Below the pieces are notes generated by a model that was not told the DNA's origin, made no database searches, and was given only the letters and a program-made list of their open reading frames with translations. 64,000 nt of DNA from a virus. Taxonomy: Duplodnaviria > Caudoviricetes. The stretch lies in IMG/VR virus record IMGVR_UViG_2706796244_000001, positions 9,883 to 73,882 of that record. One strand, 5' to 3'. How positions within the stretch are numbered: position 1 is the stretch's first letter; every line of letters starts with the position of its first letter. The translations under genes and the position numbers were made by a program. Shown here in pieces: positions 25,478-35,200 of this stretch.

Positions 25478-25662
25478 TGGATGGCGGGACGATCCTGATA
25501 CTGATCGTCCTGGGCATTGCCGCGTGGATGCTCATCACGCAGGCCATCGTCGTGATCGCCCCCTACATTGCAGGGGGCGTCATCATCCTGGCGGTCGGGG
25601 GGTTCGTGTGGTTTGCCAGCCGAACCCAGCGCAATGAGCAAAACGAAGAAGGCCCCGAATAG
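25477..25662 (+). CDS. Small membrane protein (two TM helices)
   Basis: Hydrophobic 61-aa ORF with TGATG coupling. Confidence 0.7.
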   Translation: MDGGTILILIVLGIAAWMLITQAIVVIAPYIAGGVIILAVGGFVWFASRTQRNEQNEEGPE

Positions 25663-25673
25663 GGGCCTTTTTT
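25649..25673 (+). terminator. Rho-independent terminator
   Basis: AAGGCCCC-GAATA-GGGGCCTT followed by TTTT. Confidence 0.85.
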
Positions 25674-25692
25674 ATGAACCAAGGAGAAAACT

Positions 25693-25890
25693 GTGAAGCA
25701 CTTCGAGATCCCTCTGCGGGTCAACATAACGGTGCTGGCCGAGTCCCGCGAAGAGGCGATCTCGCTTGCCCAGCACGTCATCTCTGCCGGTGTCGAAACT
25801 GTGGGTGAGGCAGCGGGTAGCCAGCTGCTGTCCACCTCCACCGTGATCGACCACCCCAACATCAAGGAAAAGGAGAATCCCTATGTCTGA
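25693..25890 (+). CDS. Small hypothetical protein
   Basis: AAGGAG RBS with GTG start. Confidence 0.65.
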   Translation: MKHFEIPLRVNITVLAESREEAISLAQHVISAGVETVGEAAGSQLLSTSTVIDHPNIKEKENPYV

Positions 25891-26590
25891 GCAACGGATG
25901 CCCAAACCCCTGTCTGTTCCCGCTTCCGCCATCGACTCCAGTATCTCGGTCTTGGACTCGCTGGCCAAGGTCGATGGCCAATCTCGCCACGTCATGCCCA
26001 ACGTTGCTGTGTCCATCCGCGACACCATGGAGGCCATGCAGCGAGAGCTAATCTACCTGCGTGCCCTGGCGGCAACACGCACCGAGACCACTCCCGGCGT
26101 GGAAGCCATCCAGCTCATTCGCAGCAAGCAAATCAGCAAGGGCTACACGGCTGCGTCCGATTTCGGTGAGCGCTCCCGCCGTGGCGATGTGCTGATCCAA
26201 GCGGCCATTGCACTGCTGTGCAACCCGTCCTCTGTGCGCCCTTCCCGTGGTTCGGGCTGGCCCTGGGACGACATGTTCTGGCCTCAGCAGGGCGGCAAGC
26301 GTGGACGCATCAGCCATGCCGGTGCATTGATCGCTGCCCACCTGGAGATGGAATTCGAGCACGACAAGACCCGCACCTACGTGCTGCGCGATACCACCAT
26401 CACCGGCGACAAGATGGCCTTCGTGGACATGGACGCCGGCCGCACAACGCTGCTGGACAGGGCCAACATGTACGGCCTGAAGGATGCCCAGGAACAGTGC
26501 CGTGGCAACCCGGACCTGGAAATGTGGCCGGTGGATCAGCTGGAGAAGATCGTTGTCCGCACGATCCCCTCCACCACGCAGCCGGAGTAA
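25883..26590 (+). CDS. Mosaic hypothetical protein with two recognisable phage modules
   Basis: KQISKGYT...AAIA...WPWD..FW...RI..AGALIAA module plus a YVLRD...TT.L.RA..Y module. AAGGAG RBS. Confidence 0.72.
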   Translation: MSEQRMPKPLSVPASAIDSSISVLDSLAKVDGQSRHVMPNVAVSIRDTMEAMQRELIYLRALAATRTETTPGVEAIQLIRSKQISKGYTAASDFGERSRRGDVLIQAAIALLCNPSSVRPSRGSGWPWDDMFWPQQGGKRGRISHAGALIAAHLEMEFEHDKTRTYVLRDTTITGDKMAFVDMDAGRTTLLDRANMYGLKDAQEQCRGNPDLEMWPVDQLEKIVVRTIPSTTQPE

Positions 26591-26593
26591 GCC

Positions 26594-26902
26594 ATGGCCC
26601 ACCCTGCTGACAAAGAGTGGGTCGAACAGGTAAAGGCGGAGTACCGTGAGAACGGCTTTCTGCACGATGGCAAACCACCCATTCAGGGATCGATTGCCCG
26701 TCGCATTCGTGGCCGTGCCTACCTGCTCGCCTATGCCCTGTCCCGCAACAGCCTGTGCTGGGGCCGCCTGACCGCAGAAGGCTCCTTCCACAGTGTCTGG
26801 TTCGGCCTGGCCCACAACGTGTTCATGTGCGACCTCACAGGTGCCATGCACATGTATACGCTGCATCTGGGCCCGCTGACCATCACCTTCGGGAAAGACT
26901 GA
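26594..26902 (+). CDS. Hypothetical protein
   Basis: GGAG RBS, packed ORF. Confidence 0.65.
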   Translation: MAHPADKEWVEQVKAEYRENGFLHDGKPPIQGSIARRIRGRAYLLAYALSRNSLCWGRLTAEGSFHSVWFGLAHNVFMCDLTGAMHMYTLHLGPLTITFGKD

Positions 26903-27081
26903 TGGACGGCCTACTCAAGCTCATTGGCATCGTGTGCATAGTTATGTGGATCGCCGGTGAGGTGATCCCAGGCTGGCACTGCCACATCATCTTCGGCGGC
27001 GATGAGTTCGCTGCTGAAGCCCATGAAACCATGGCTCGGGAGATCCGGGCCAAACTGAACCAAGGAGAAAGCAATGAATGA
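26902..27081 (+). CDS. Small membrane protein (59 aa)
   Basis: TGATG coupling. LLKLIGIVCIVMWIAG TM segment. Confidence 0.6.
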   Translation: MDGLLKLIGIVCIVMWIAGEVIPGWHCHIIFGGDEFAAEAHETMAREIRAKLNQGESNE

Positions 27082-27370
27082 GCGTCCGAACTGCTTCAGC
27101 GAAGCATTGCAGCTGCTGAAGGACGGCTACTACATGCGCCGCTCGGGCTGGAATGGCTCGGGCATGTGCGTGCAGCTGGTCCGTCCTGGCCAGACGTCTC
27201 GCGGCGTGGCCAGTGTGCGCCACGGCCACGATACCAACCACACCGTGCTGGAGCCCTTCTTCGTGATCGTCAAGTCCCAGGGCAGCGGCGACAACGTGAA
27301 GCGCACGGCCAACACCTGGGTGCCCAGCGTGTCGGATCTGCTCGCCGAGGACTGGGAGGAAGCTCCATGA
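27074..27370 (+). CDS. DUF2829-family protein, Tad2-like (candidate anti-Thoeris nucleotide sponge)
   Basis: FSEALQLLKDG...RRSGWNG and W.PS.SDLLAEDW signature motifs. Confidence 0.82.
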   Translation: MNERPNCFSEALQLLKDGYYMRRSGWNGSGMCVQLVRPGQTSRGVASVRHGHDTNHTVLEPFFVIVKSQGSGDNVKRTANTWVPSVSDLLAEDWEEAP

Positions 27371-28233
27371 GCGACACCTTCAACACCGAGCTGGTGGCCG
27401 GCTCCATCAAGCGCCACCTGAACTCGTCCAACGGCGTATCGTCCGGCGACTTGTTCAAGATCCCCCGGGACAAGATCCACGTCCTGCCAGGTTACAACGT
27501 CCGTGAGCAGCGCAGCCCCAGCTACCGCCAGCGCATCCGTGAAATCGCCGATTCCATGGTGCGCAATGGCTGGCTGGTCACTGAGCCCATCAGCGGCTTC
27601 GTGGCCCGTGAAGGGGAAGAGGACATCTTCTACCTGGTGAAGGGCCACACCCGCCTGGAAGCCTACGACCTGGCCGTCTCGGAAGGTGCGAAGCTGGGAA
27701 CCATCCCGGCCATTCCGCAGCCCCGAGGCACGGACATGCGTGCGCTCAACAACGACCTGGTGATCAGCAACTCCGGTGCCCGGCTGGCGCTGATCGAAGT
27801 CGGCACCGTCTGCCAGCGCAAGCTGCGCAATGAAGGGCTGACCGAGGCCGAGGTTGCCGCCGACCTGGGCCTGACGGTCAAGCAGGTGGAAGACGCCGTG
27901 GCGCTGCGCACCAGTCCCAAGGGTGTGCAGGAGCTCGTGATCCTGGAGAAGGTTTCGGCCACCACGGCACTGGCTGCACTGCGCAAGCATGGCAGTGGCG
28001 CTCTGGCTGTGCTGCAGGCCGGCATCGCCAAGGCAGAGAGCCAGGGGAAGGAGAAGGCCACGCCCAAGCACTTCGCACCGCCGAGCTGGAATCGCAAGGT
28101 GGTCGAGAAGAGCATGACGGCGTTCCGTGATCTCCAGCGCCAGCGTGGCCTGGAGCCCATCCCCGAAGATCCGACCGAGGCCTTGCAGTTCCTGATGAAG
28201 AAGGCCTACCCGGACCTGGTGGACCTGCAATGA
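27367..28233 (+). CDS. ParB-like (ParB/Srx fold) protein with HTH
   Basis: YNVR, LVKGHTRL (GxxR) and a downstream HTH (TEAEVAADLGLTVKQV). GAGGAAG RBS. Confidence 0.8.
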   Translation: MSDTFNTELVAGSIKRHLNSSNGVSSGDLFKIPRDKIHVLPGYNVREQRSPSYRQRIREIADSMVRNGWLVTEPISGFVAREGEEDIFYLVKGHTRLEAYDLAVSEGAKLGTIPAIPQPRGTDMRALNNDLVISNSGARLALIEVGTVCQRKLRNEGLTEAEVAADLGLTVKQVEDAVALRTSPKGVQELVILEKVSATTALAALRKHGSGALAVLQAGIAKAESQGKEKATPKHFAPPSWNRKVVEKSMTAFRDLQRQRGLEPIPEDPTEALQFLMKKAYPDLVDLQ

Positions 28234-28562
28234 GCGGCATGCTCAAGAATGGCAAGTACGTCGTCACCGAGTACGAGAAGATCCTGGCAGCCGCCATGCG
28301 GCATGTCGAGAAAGTCACGGACCAGGTGGCGGCGGATGTGCGCCGGATGCACGTCATCCCCTACTGCGACAAGCACAACCTCAAGTTTGTCGCCGGCATG
28401 GGCATGTGGATGTTCGTCACCACCAAGGGCGAGATCCTGAAACCCGACAAACTGCCAAAGCGGCTGGCGCACCTGATGTACGCATCCACGTACAGCCAGG
28501 CCAATAGCTTGGGCAGCCTCATCCAGGACTACACGCCGAAAGGCTTCAAGGAGGATTCATGA
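28230..28562 (+). CDS. Hypothetical protein
   Basis: ATGA overlap, phage-like codon usage. Confidence 0.68.
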   Translation: MSGMLKNGKYVVTEYEKILAAAMRHVEKVTDQVAADVRRMHVIPYCDKHNLKFVAGMGMWMFVTTKGEILKPDKLPKRLAHLMYASTYSQANSLGSLIQDYTPKGFKEDS

Positions 28563-29077
28563 AAAGACCCATCACCAAGCACGAAGTGCTCATCTGCCTG
28601 AAGCAGGCCACAGCCCCCGGCGACACCAGCGTTACAGCGCTGCTCCTGTCTGGGCACATGGGCGTCTCAACCAATGCCGTGGCCCAGGCTCTTCGCCCTC
28701 TGGTTCGTGAAGGCCGGGCCGGCGTCGTCAAGGATGGCGGCCGGTCCTTCTACTATTGGATCTCCGACAAGATCCAGGAGGACAGACTGCAACCGCTGTT
28801 CAAGGGCTTCGACTTCATGGACAGCCGGGCCTGGGTCAGCGATGAGCAGATCGTCAAGGCGTTCACGGGAACAAACTTTGGACCTAACTCACTGTCCTAC
28901 CATCGCACTCTGCTGGAGAAGGCCTGCGTCAAGAAGTCCCAGGCCTACCACTGCGGCGGCACCATCACCCGCATCATGCTGGAGATGGGGCTGATCCACC
29001 GCAATGAGACCCTGACTGCCCTGGGCAAGCAGGTCAGCCGGTGCGCTCTGCACAAGTACCTGACGGACGCACCGTAG
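28559..29077 (+). CDS. Winged-HTH protein with an unknown C-terminal domain
   Basis: TALLLSGHMGVSTNAVAQALRPLVREG wHTH pattern. AAGGAGG RBS. Confidence 0.7.
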   Translation: MKRPITKHEVLICLKQATAPGDTSVTALLLSGHMGVSTNAVAQALRPLVREGRAGVVKDGGRSFYYWISDKIQEDRLQPLFKGFDFMDSRAWVSDEQIVKAFTGTNFGPNSLSYHRTLLEKACVKKSQAYHCGGTITRIMLEMGLIHRNETLTALGKQVSRCALHKYLTDAP

Positions 29078-29143
29078 GCGCTTCAGCGCTTTTGTGGTAA
29101 AAACCGTTTTCTGTCCTGAAGACCAACCCACCGGAGACCACCC

Positions 29144-29152
29144 ATGAAATAA
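29144..29152 (+). other. Possible minigene ATG-AAA-TAA with its own SD
   Basis: GGAG at 29133-29136, 7 nt before the ATG, and upstream of the terminator. Confidence 0.3.
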
Positions 29153-29178
29153 CCTGACCTCCCCCTGATGCAAGACGC

Positions 29179-29208
29179 AAAAAGGCCCCTCAATGAGGGG
29201 CCTTTTTT
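29179..29208. terminator. Bidirectional terminator between the middle (+) and late (-) blocks
   Basis: AAAAAGGCCCCTC-AAT-GAGGGGCCTTTTT at the convergence point. Confidence 0.93.
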
Positions 29209-29224
29209 ATTTTCACCGCGGAGG

Positions 29225-32200
29225 TCAGCTCACGAGAGCCATAAACGGATTCAGCGTCGGTGCACGCATTCCCATGCCAGGCCCGATGGAGTTGCCCAGA
29301 CGACCCTCGGCCATGGCCGTGAACAGGTTGTCTTCGAGGGGCAGGCCCACATCAGAAGGTTGGGGAATGGTGCCGGCCAGCAGCGCATGCAGCGGATTGT
29401 TACGCAGCGTGCTCAGGGCGATCTTGCTGATGCGGATCTTGAAGTTGTAGAACCACAGCAGGCCCACCGATTCAGCATAACCACGGGTGCGACCAGGCAG
29501 ACGGTCGTAGTTCACGAACTCTTCCGTGACCCGAGCCAGAGCATCTTCGGCGCTCATCTTCTTCCGCTGGGTCAGGTCATCGAAGATGATGGCCTTGGCC
29601 AGGAAGTCGCCGAAGTCCACAGCCTTCTGGAGGCCCTGGAACAGTGCCGTGTCCTTGGTGATCAGCGCGTACTTGCCAGCCGTCTTCATGGACTCGGGCA
29701 GCCGGTCGGTCAGCGCCTCAACGTAGGAGTGCAGGCGGCCTTCCGACAGCATGCGCTCTTCCACGCCCAGGGCGGCATCCGAGATGGCAGCGAACTCGCC
29801 AGCCTGAACCAGAGGGAAGATGCTCAGCCGAGTCCAGCCATCCTTGATCGCCTTGATGCGGTTGTTCAGCACCAGTTCCTTCGAGGGGTTGCCCCGGGCA
29901 GCCAGCAGATCAGCCTCCAGGCGGATGACTTCGGAGCGGCCATCGGTATAGGCCTTCACCTCTGCCATCTTCTTGGGCACGCCCCGGACGATGTTGCCGA
30001 TGGGTACACCACGCGAGATCAGCTGATAGACGTTCGAGATCATGTTCGCCCAAGGCACGATCATGGACTTCACCACGATGATGGTCTTGGCATCGGCCAC
30101 GAAATTCTTCAGCACCTGCTCGGAATTCACCATGTAGCGGTAGGCATCGTTACCGAATACTGCCGTGGCGATATCGGTCACACGCTTCTGCGTTGCTTCG
30201 CTCCAGCGGGTGTTGCCGGTCCAGGCGTCACCGATGGATGCAGCACGGTAGCCCATGGCGTCGTCCAGCATGTCCTTGCGCACCCAGAACTCACCCTCGC
30301 CGAAGCGGGCTTCGATCTGTGCGACCTGGGCTTTGTTCAGCAGATTCACCGCGTCACGCAGCACAGGATCCTTTACCGGGCCAGCCAGGTTCACGTACTG
30401 GTCCTTCTTGCCATCGGCCAGGTCACGCTCCCACATGTCGGCCAGACGATCCACCAGCACCTCGTTAAAGGCAGTGCCCTGCACCTCTTCGACCTGACGG
30501 CCACGCCATTGACCGATTGCACTGGCCAGGTTCTTCTCTTGGTTCAGCAGCGCCAGCTGAGCAGGATCCACAGCACGCTCCAGAGCCACCACCTTGCCGA
30601 GCTCATCGTAGACGGGGATCAGCGAGCCGGCGCCGGTATCCCGGTCCAGCCACTTCGCCAGATCCTTCACCTTCTGGGGATCGGTGATGCGGCCACCAGT
30701 CATGCCTTGGCTGAAGCCGTTCAGGGCATCCACACCGCCAGCAGTCATGCGGACGTTCTGCATGATGCCCTGGGCGAAGGCAGCCTTGGCGCTCACCGGG
30801 GCGAAGTAGTAGCCACGGCTGCGGGCACCACGGTCCAGATCCGATCCCACGAAGTCAGCCACACGGGTGTAGCTGCGCTCGGCCAGGCTGGCGAACTCGG
30901 CATCGTCGGCCACCACCAGGGACACACCGGCCTGGGCAGGCGAAGGCAGTTCACCCTTCAGGGCGTTGTACTTGGCCATGGGGTATTGGGCAGCCTTGCG
31001 CTCTTCTTCCACACGCTGGCCCATCAGGTAGGAGATGGCGAAGTCGATGCCTTCGGCCTCTTGTTGAACCAGAAGGGAAGTGGAGTTGGTGGCGGGTAGA
31101 GAGTCCAGCGCGTACAGGCTCACCAGCTTATCGATGGCGGCGATGCCGTCAGCGTTGCCCATCAGCTTGGGGTTGGCCACGGCCAGATCCCAGATGGCGC
31201 TGGCGTTGCGCAGCAGACGTGCACCAGCCTTGGCGCCCATCATGTAGGCAGCCAGCTGCTTGGCCTTCTCGATACGCTTGGCAGCGCCAGCGCCGTCGAT
31301 GCTCTTCACCTCGGCTTCGGCAGCCTTGATGGCAGCAGCCCGAGCCTTGGGATCGGCAGCCAGGCGGCGAGCTTCCTCAACGCTGGTGGCCTGGGCCAGT
31401 GCAGCGATATCGGTCTTGCCCAGACCCTGGTGCAGGTCAGCCCACTCGGTAGCCGTCAGGTCACGCGAGAACTTGCCACGGATGATGGCGGGCACCTCTT
31501 CACGGAACTGCTGGCGGGTCTGCTGAACCGTGGAGCGCACCAGCTTGATCAGGTCGTACACCGCAGCATTGCTGCTTGTGCGGCCAGACAGGTCGTTCAG
31601 CAGATCGAAGGCAGGCTTCCACAGGTTTGCTGCATTGGCCATGCCCATGATGCCTTCGGCCACAGCCTTGCCATTCTTCTCGCTGGTCAAGGCAGCCACA
31701 CCACGCAGGATGGATGCGCCGGTCTTCTCCACGATGTTGCCTTGGGCCAGCTTTTCGCCAGCGGCCAGAGATGCATCGCTCAGGGCCTGAAGGCCTTCCA
31801 CCATCTTGTCGTTCACCGTGTCGATGACGCCACCGGCAGCCGAAGCAGCAGTGCTCAGGAAGTTGGCACGTTCCTGGGCCACCTCGGCAGCATGCAGGCT
31901 CAGGGAGTCGGCAATGTCGCTCAGGGTGTTGCCCTTCACGCCACCCACGGCACGGCCCAGGCGGAACATGGCGTCCTCGCCTGCATTGCGCAGCATGGTG
32001 TTCAGCGTGCCATCGGTGCCCTTGGCAGCCTTGGGCAAGGGCAGCTTGGCCAGCGCTTCACGCATCTCGGGGCTGGTGACGGCCAGGGCCAGGAAGACAG
32101 GCATCAGGGTCTCACGGCCCAGGGCATCCTTGACCTCACGGGTGTTGCCGACCACAGCGTCGTACTTGCGCTTGGCGTTGTAGTAGGCACCGGGGTCACG

Positions 32201-35200
32201 GCTATCCGGGTCGGCCATGAAGTGCTCAGGCTCCAGGTTCTTCAGCACATGCTGGTACAGGGCATCAGCCTCGGCCATGGAGTTGGGATCCAGCTTGGCC
32301 TGGGAAGCCATGGCGGCCACCATGTTGCGGAAGGTGGTCATCTGCTGGGCGCTCATCACGAAGCCTTGGCCGGCAACCACCAGGCTGGCATCAGCTGCGG
32401 TCTTCAGGGCCTGGTTGATCTTCGGGTTCACTGCCGTGGGGGCGATGGCCTCCAGGCGTTGCAGTGCCTGGGCAAAGCCACGGTTGATGGTGTCCAGGCG
32501 GGTGTCGTCGCCGTAGGCTTGGTTCTGCGCCAGCGCAGTGTCGGCCACAGCATCGCTCACGGCCATCTGGCCACGCATCACCACCATGGTGTTGAACAGC
32601 AGGTTGGATGCCACATCGCTACCGGGTGCAGTGGCGGCTTTGGCCCTACCCCACACCAGCTTCTTCAGGGCAGCCACAGCAGCCTGTGCCAGGCGAACCA
32701 GGGGGGAAGCAGCAACCGCCTTGGCAGTGCTCACCAGATAGGTGTTGGCCAGGGTCCAAGCCATGAACTCGTTGGTGGCGATGGCCTGGCGCTCATCAGC
32801 ACCCAGCTCACGGTTGCGCAGAGCACCCAGCACAGCAGCCTTGGCGTCCATGAAGGAGCGAAGAGCCACAGGGCCGGCAGCTGCTGCGGCAGAGCTGAAG
32901 TCGCCATTCAGGAACTGCTCACGCAGGGCCTTGATACGTTGCACGGCTTGGTTGGTGGCAGCATCGTTGAGCTCGGGGGCCATCTCAGCAGCCAGCACCT
33001 TCTCGTAGGTGGCAGCGTGCACGATCTCATGCACCAGGGTCTCGACGGTAGGCGATGCCAGCAGGATCGTCTTCACGCCGGGCAGGGTGACACCGCGGTC
33101 TCCAGCATTCAGGCCGGCAGGCATGCCCTTCTCGATGGCATAGGCGTTCAGCTGCTCTTCCGTGCCGAAGACCACCTTCCAGCCAGCCAGGTGCTTGCCG
33201 CGCATGGCTTCACCGTACAGCTCGGCCTGCTCGGGGCTCATGGCCAGAGCCTTCCCCACCTGGTTCAGTGCCGTAGGCGAGAGCTCACGAACACCAGACT
33301 TCAGGGCACGGCCAGCATTGCCGATGGCATCCAGGGCGGACTGGCCAGCAGCTGCTTCCTTGGCCGGCTTCACCCGGGCCTTGGCCTTACGCATGGTGGC
33401 CTGCTCTTCCGCCAGCAGGGCATTCAGCTGGGAAGCGATCTCCTTGGGGGAGCCGTCCAGCACGACAGAGCCCTGGTTGTGGAAAGGTGCGCCAGCGGCA
33501 GCCATCTGGTCCACGCTCATGGCGACACGGGACAGCACACGATGGCGGGCCTCTGCCGAGTCAGCCACCGCAGAGAGGCCGTCACCCAGCAGACGGATTT
33601 CCTCTTCCAGCTGGTCCACGGTGAAGCCGGCTTCGGCTTGCTTCTTGCCCAGCACAGCCTCGGCCAGCTTCTTCAGACCTTCGGGCCGCATGCTGACCAG
33701 ATCCAGCTTCTCCAGGGTCACGGCGAAGGACTTCTGCACGGCGGCCAGCGGGTTGCGCTGCCACGATGCGTACACCGCTTGGTTGGCCATGCGGGAGTTG
33801 TCCATCAGATGATCCAGACGGAAGTTCACGCCGTCGAAGATCTTCAGGTTGTCGCCGGGAGCGCCAGGCATGGTGCTCAGATCTTGCATCAGCATGCCGT
33901 CTCCAGAGCCGATGGTCATGAACGGGATGCCCGCCACACCAGCATTGGCCGGGCCAGGTGCCGATGCTTCGATCTCGAACGTGCCATCCAGTGCAGCAGC
34001 AATGGAGGTGTTGGTCACAGGCGAGTTCTGGGAGCCGGCGATGAAGTAGGTCTGCTTGCCATCCAGGCTCACGAAGGGAGCCAGAGGAAGAACAGCCTGC
34101 AGGGCCTCGTCCAGCTGCTCGCGCGAGAGGAAGTCACCCTTGCGGTACTCGGGCTTCTTGGCTTCCTCGGCCATCATTTCATCGACCTTGCGGGCGAATG
34201 CATCTTCCAGGATCAGGGACTGGATCTGGGTAGCGTCACGCAGGTAGGCCACCGAGCTCATCACGCCTTCACCCACCGTGGTGTTGATGGCTTGCACCAT
34301 CGGGCCCACAAACAGGTTCAGCATGTTGTCGGTCAGGGCCGAGATGGACGGGCCATCCAGCTTGAAGGTCTTCGGGTCGAAGGTGGCAGGCAGGGACGAT
34401 TCCGTGTCCAGCAGCATCCACTGGCCCTTCTTTTTGGAGTAGACGGCCTTCTTGGTCAGCAAGGCATGCATGCCGGCCCAGAAGCGGTCGTACTTGGCCT
34501 CTGCATCAGCGTTGTCGCCGAACATAGCACGAGCGCTGTCCAGGCCAGGGTTCTTCGCCTGGGCTTGGAGCATGGCGCTCATCTTCTCGTAGACCTCATC
34601 CATGACGTTGCTCACCAGCTTGCCGGCGATACCACGGGCACCGGAGCCGTAGATGGTGATCGTCAGCGGATTCTTGGCGATGCCGCGCTTCATTTGCAGA
34701 GCACCGTCCTTGAAGGTCAGATCCTTCAGGAACAGCTCCATCAGGCTTTCCAGCTGGGACAGCTGCTCAGCCACTTCAGGTGCAGAGCTCAGCTCGCTAC
34801 GCAGGGTAGCCAGGTTGCGGGTCAGTTCATGGGTAGAGGCCTCGTACATGTCCACCGAGTCATCGTTGGAACGGTGCTGGTTCATGGTCTTCTCGGCTGT
34901 GCCGAAGAACATGCCGCCCTTGCCGATGTTCTTCACCCAGCCTTCGGTGAACAGGCCAGAGGTCATCAGGGCCATGGCATTGATGGGGCCGTTGGTCACG
35001 CCGTCAGCTTCCACGTAGACACCAGTACGGAATGCGCTCTTATCGTCGGCCATTTGCAGGCGGGCCCAGTCCACCAGGGCGTGGAAGCCCACGTTCGTCA
35101 GGTCAGCACCGGCTGCCTTGAAGTTGGACTTCAGCTCCTGGATCTGCTCGGGCGTCAGGCGGCCACCGGCCAACACATCACGCAGGATCTCGGTCGAGGG

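Noticed and set aside
27367-29077. Temperate or plasmid-prophage lifestyle inferred from ParB
   Set aside because: No ParA, integrase, repressor cassette or replication initiator in the window, and the rest is a standard lytic N4-like gene set.
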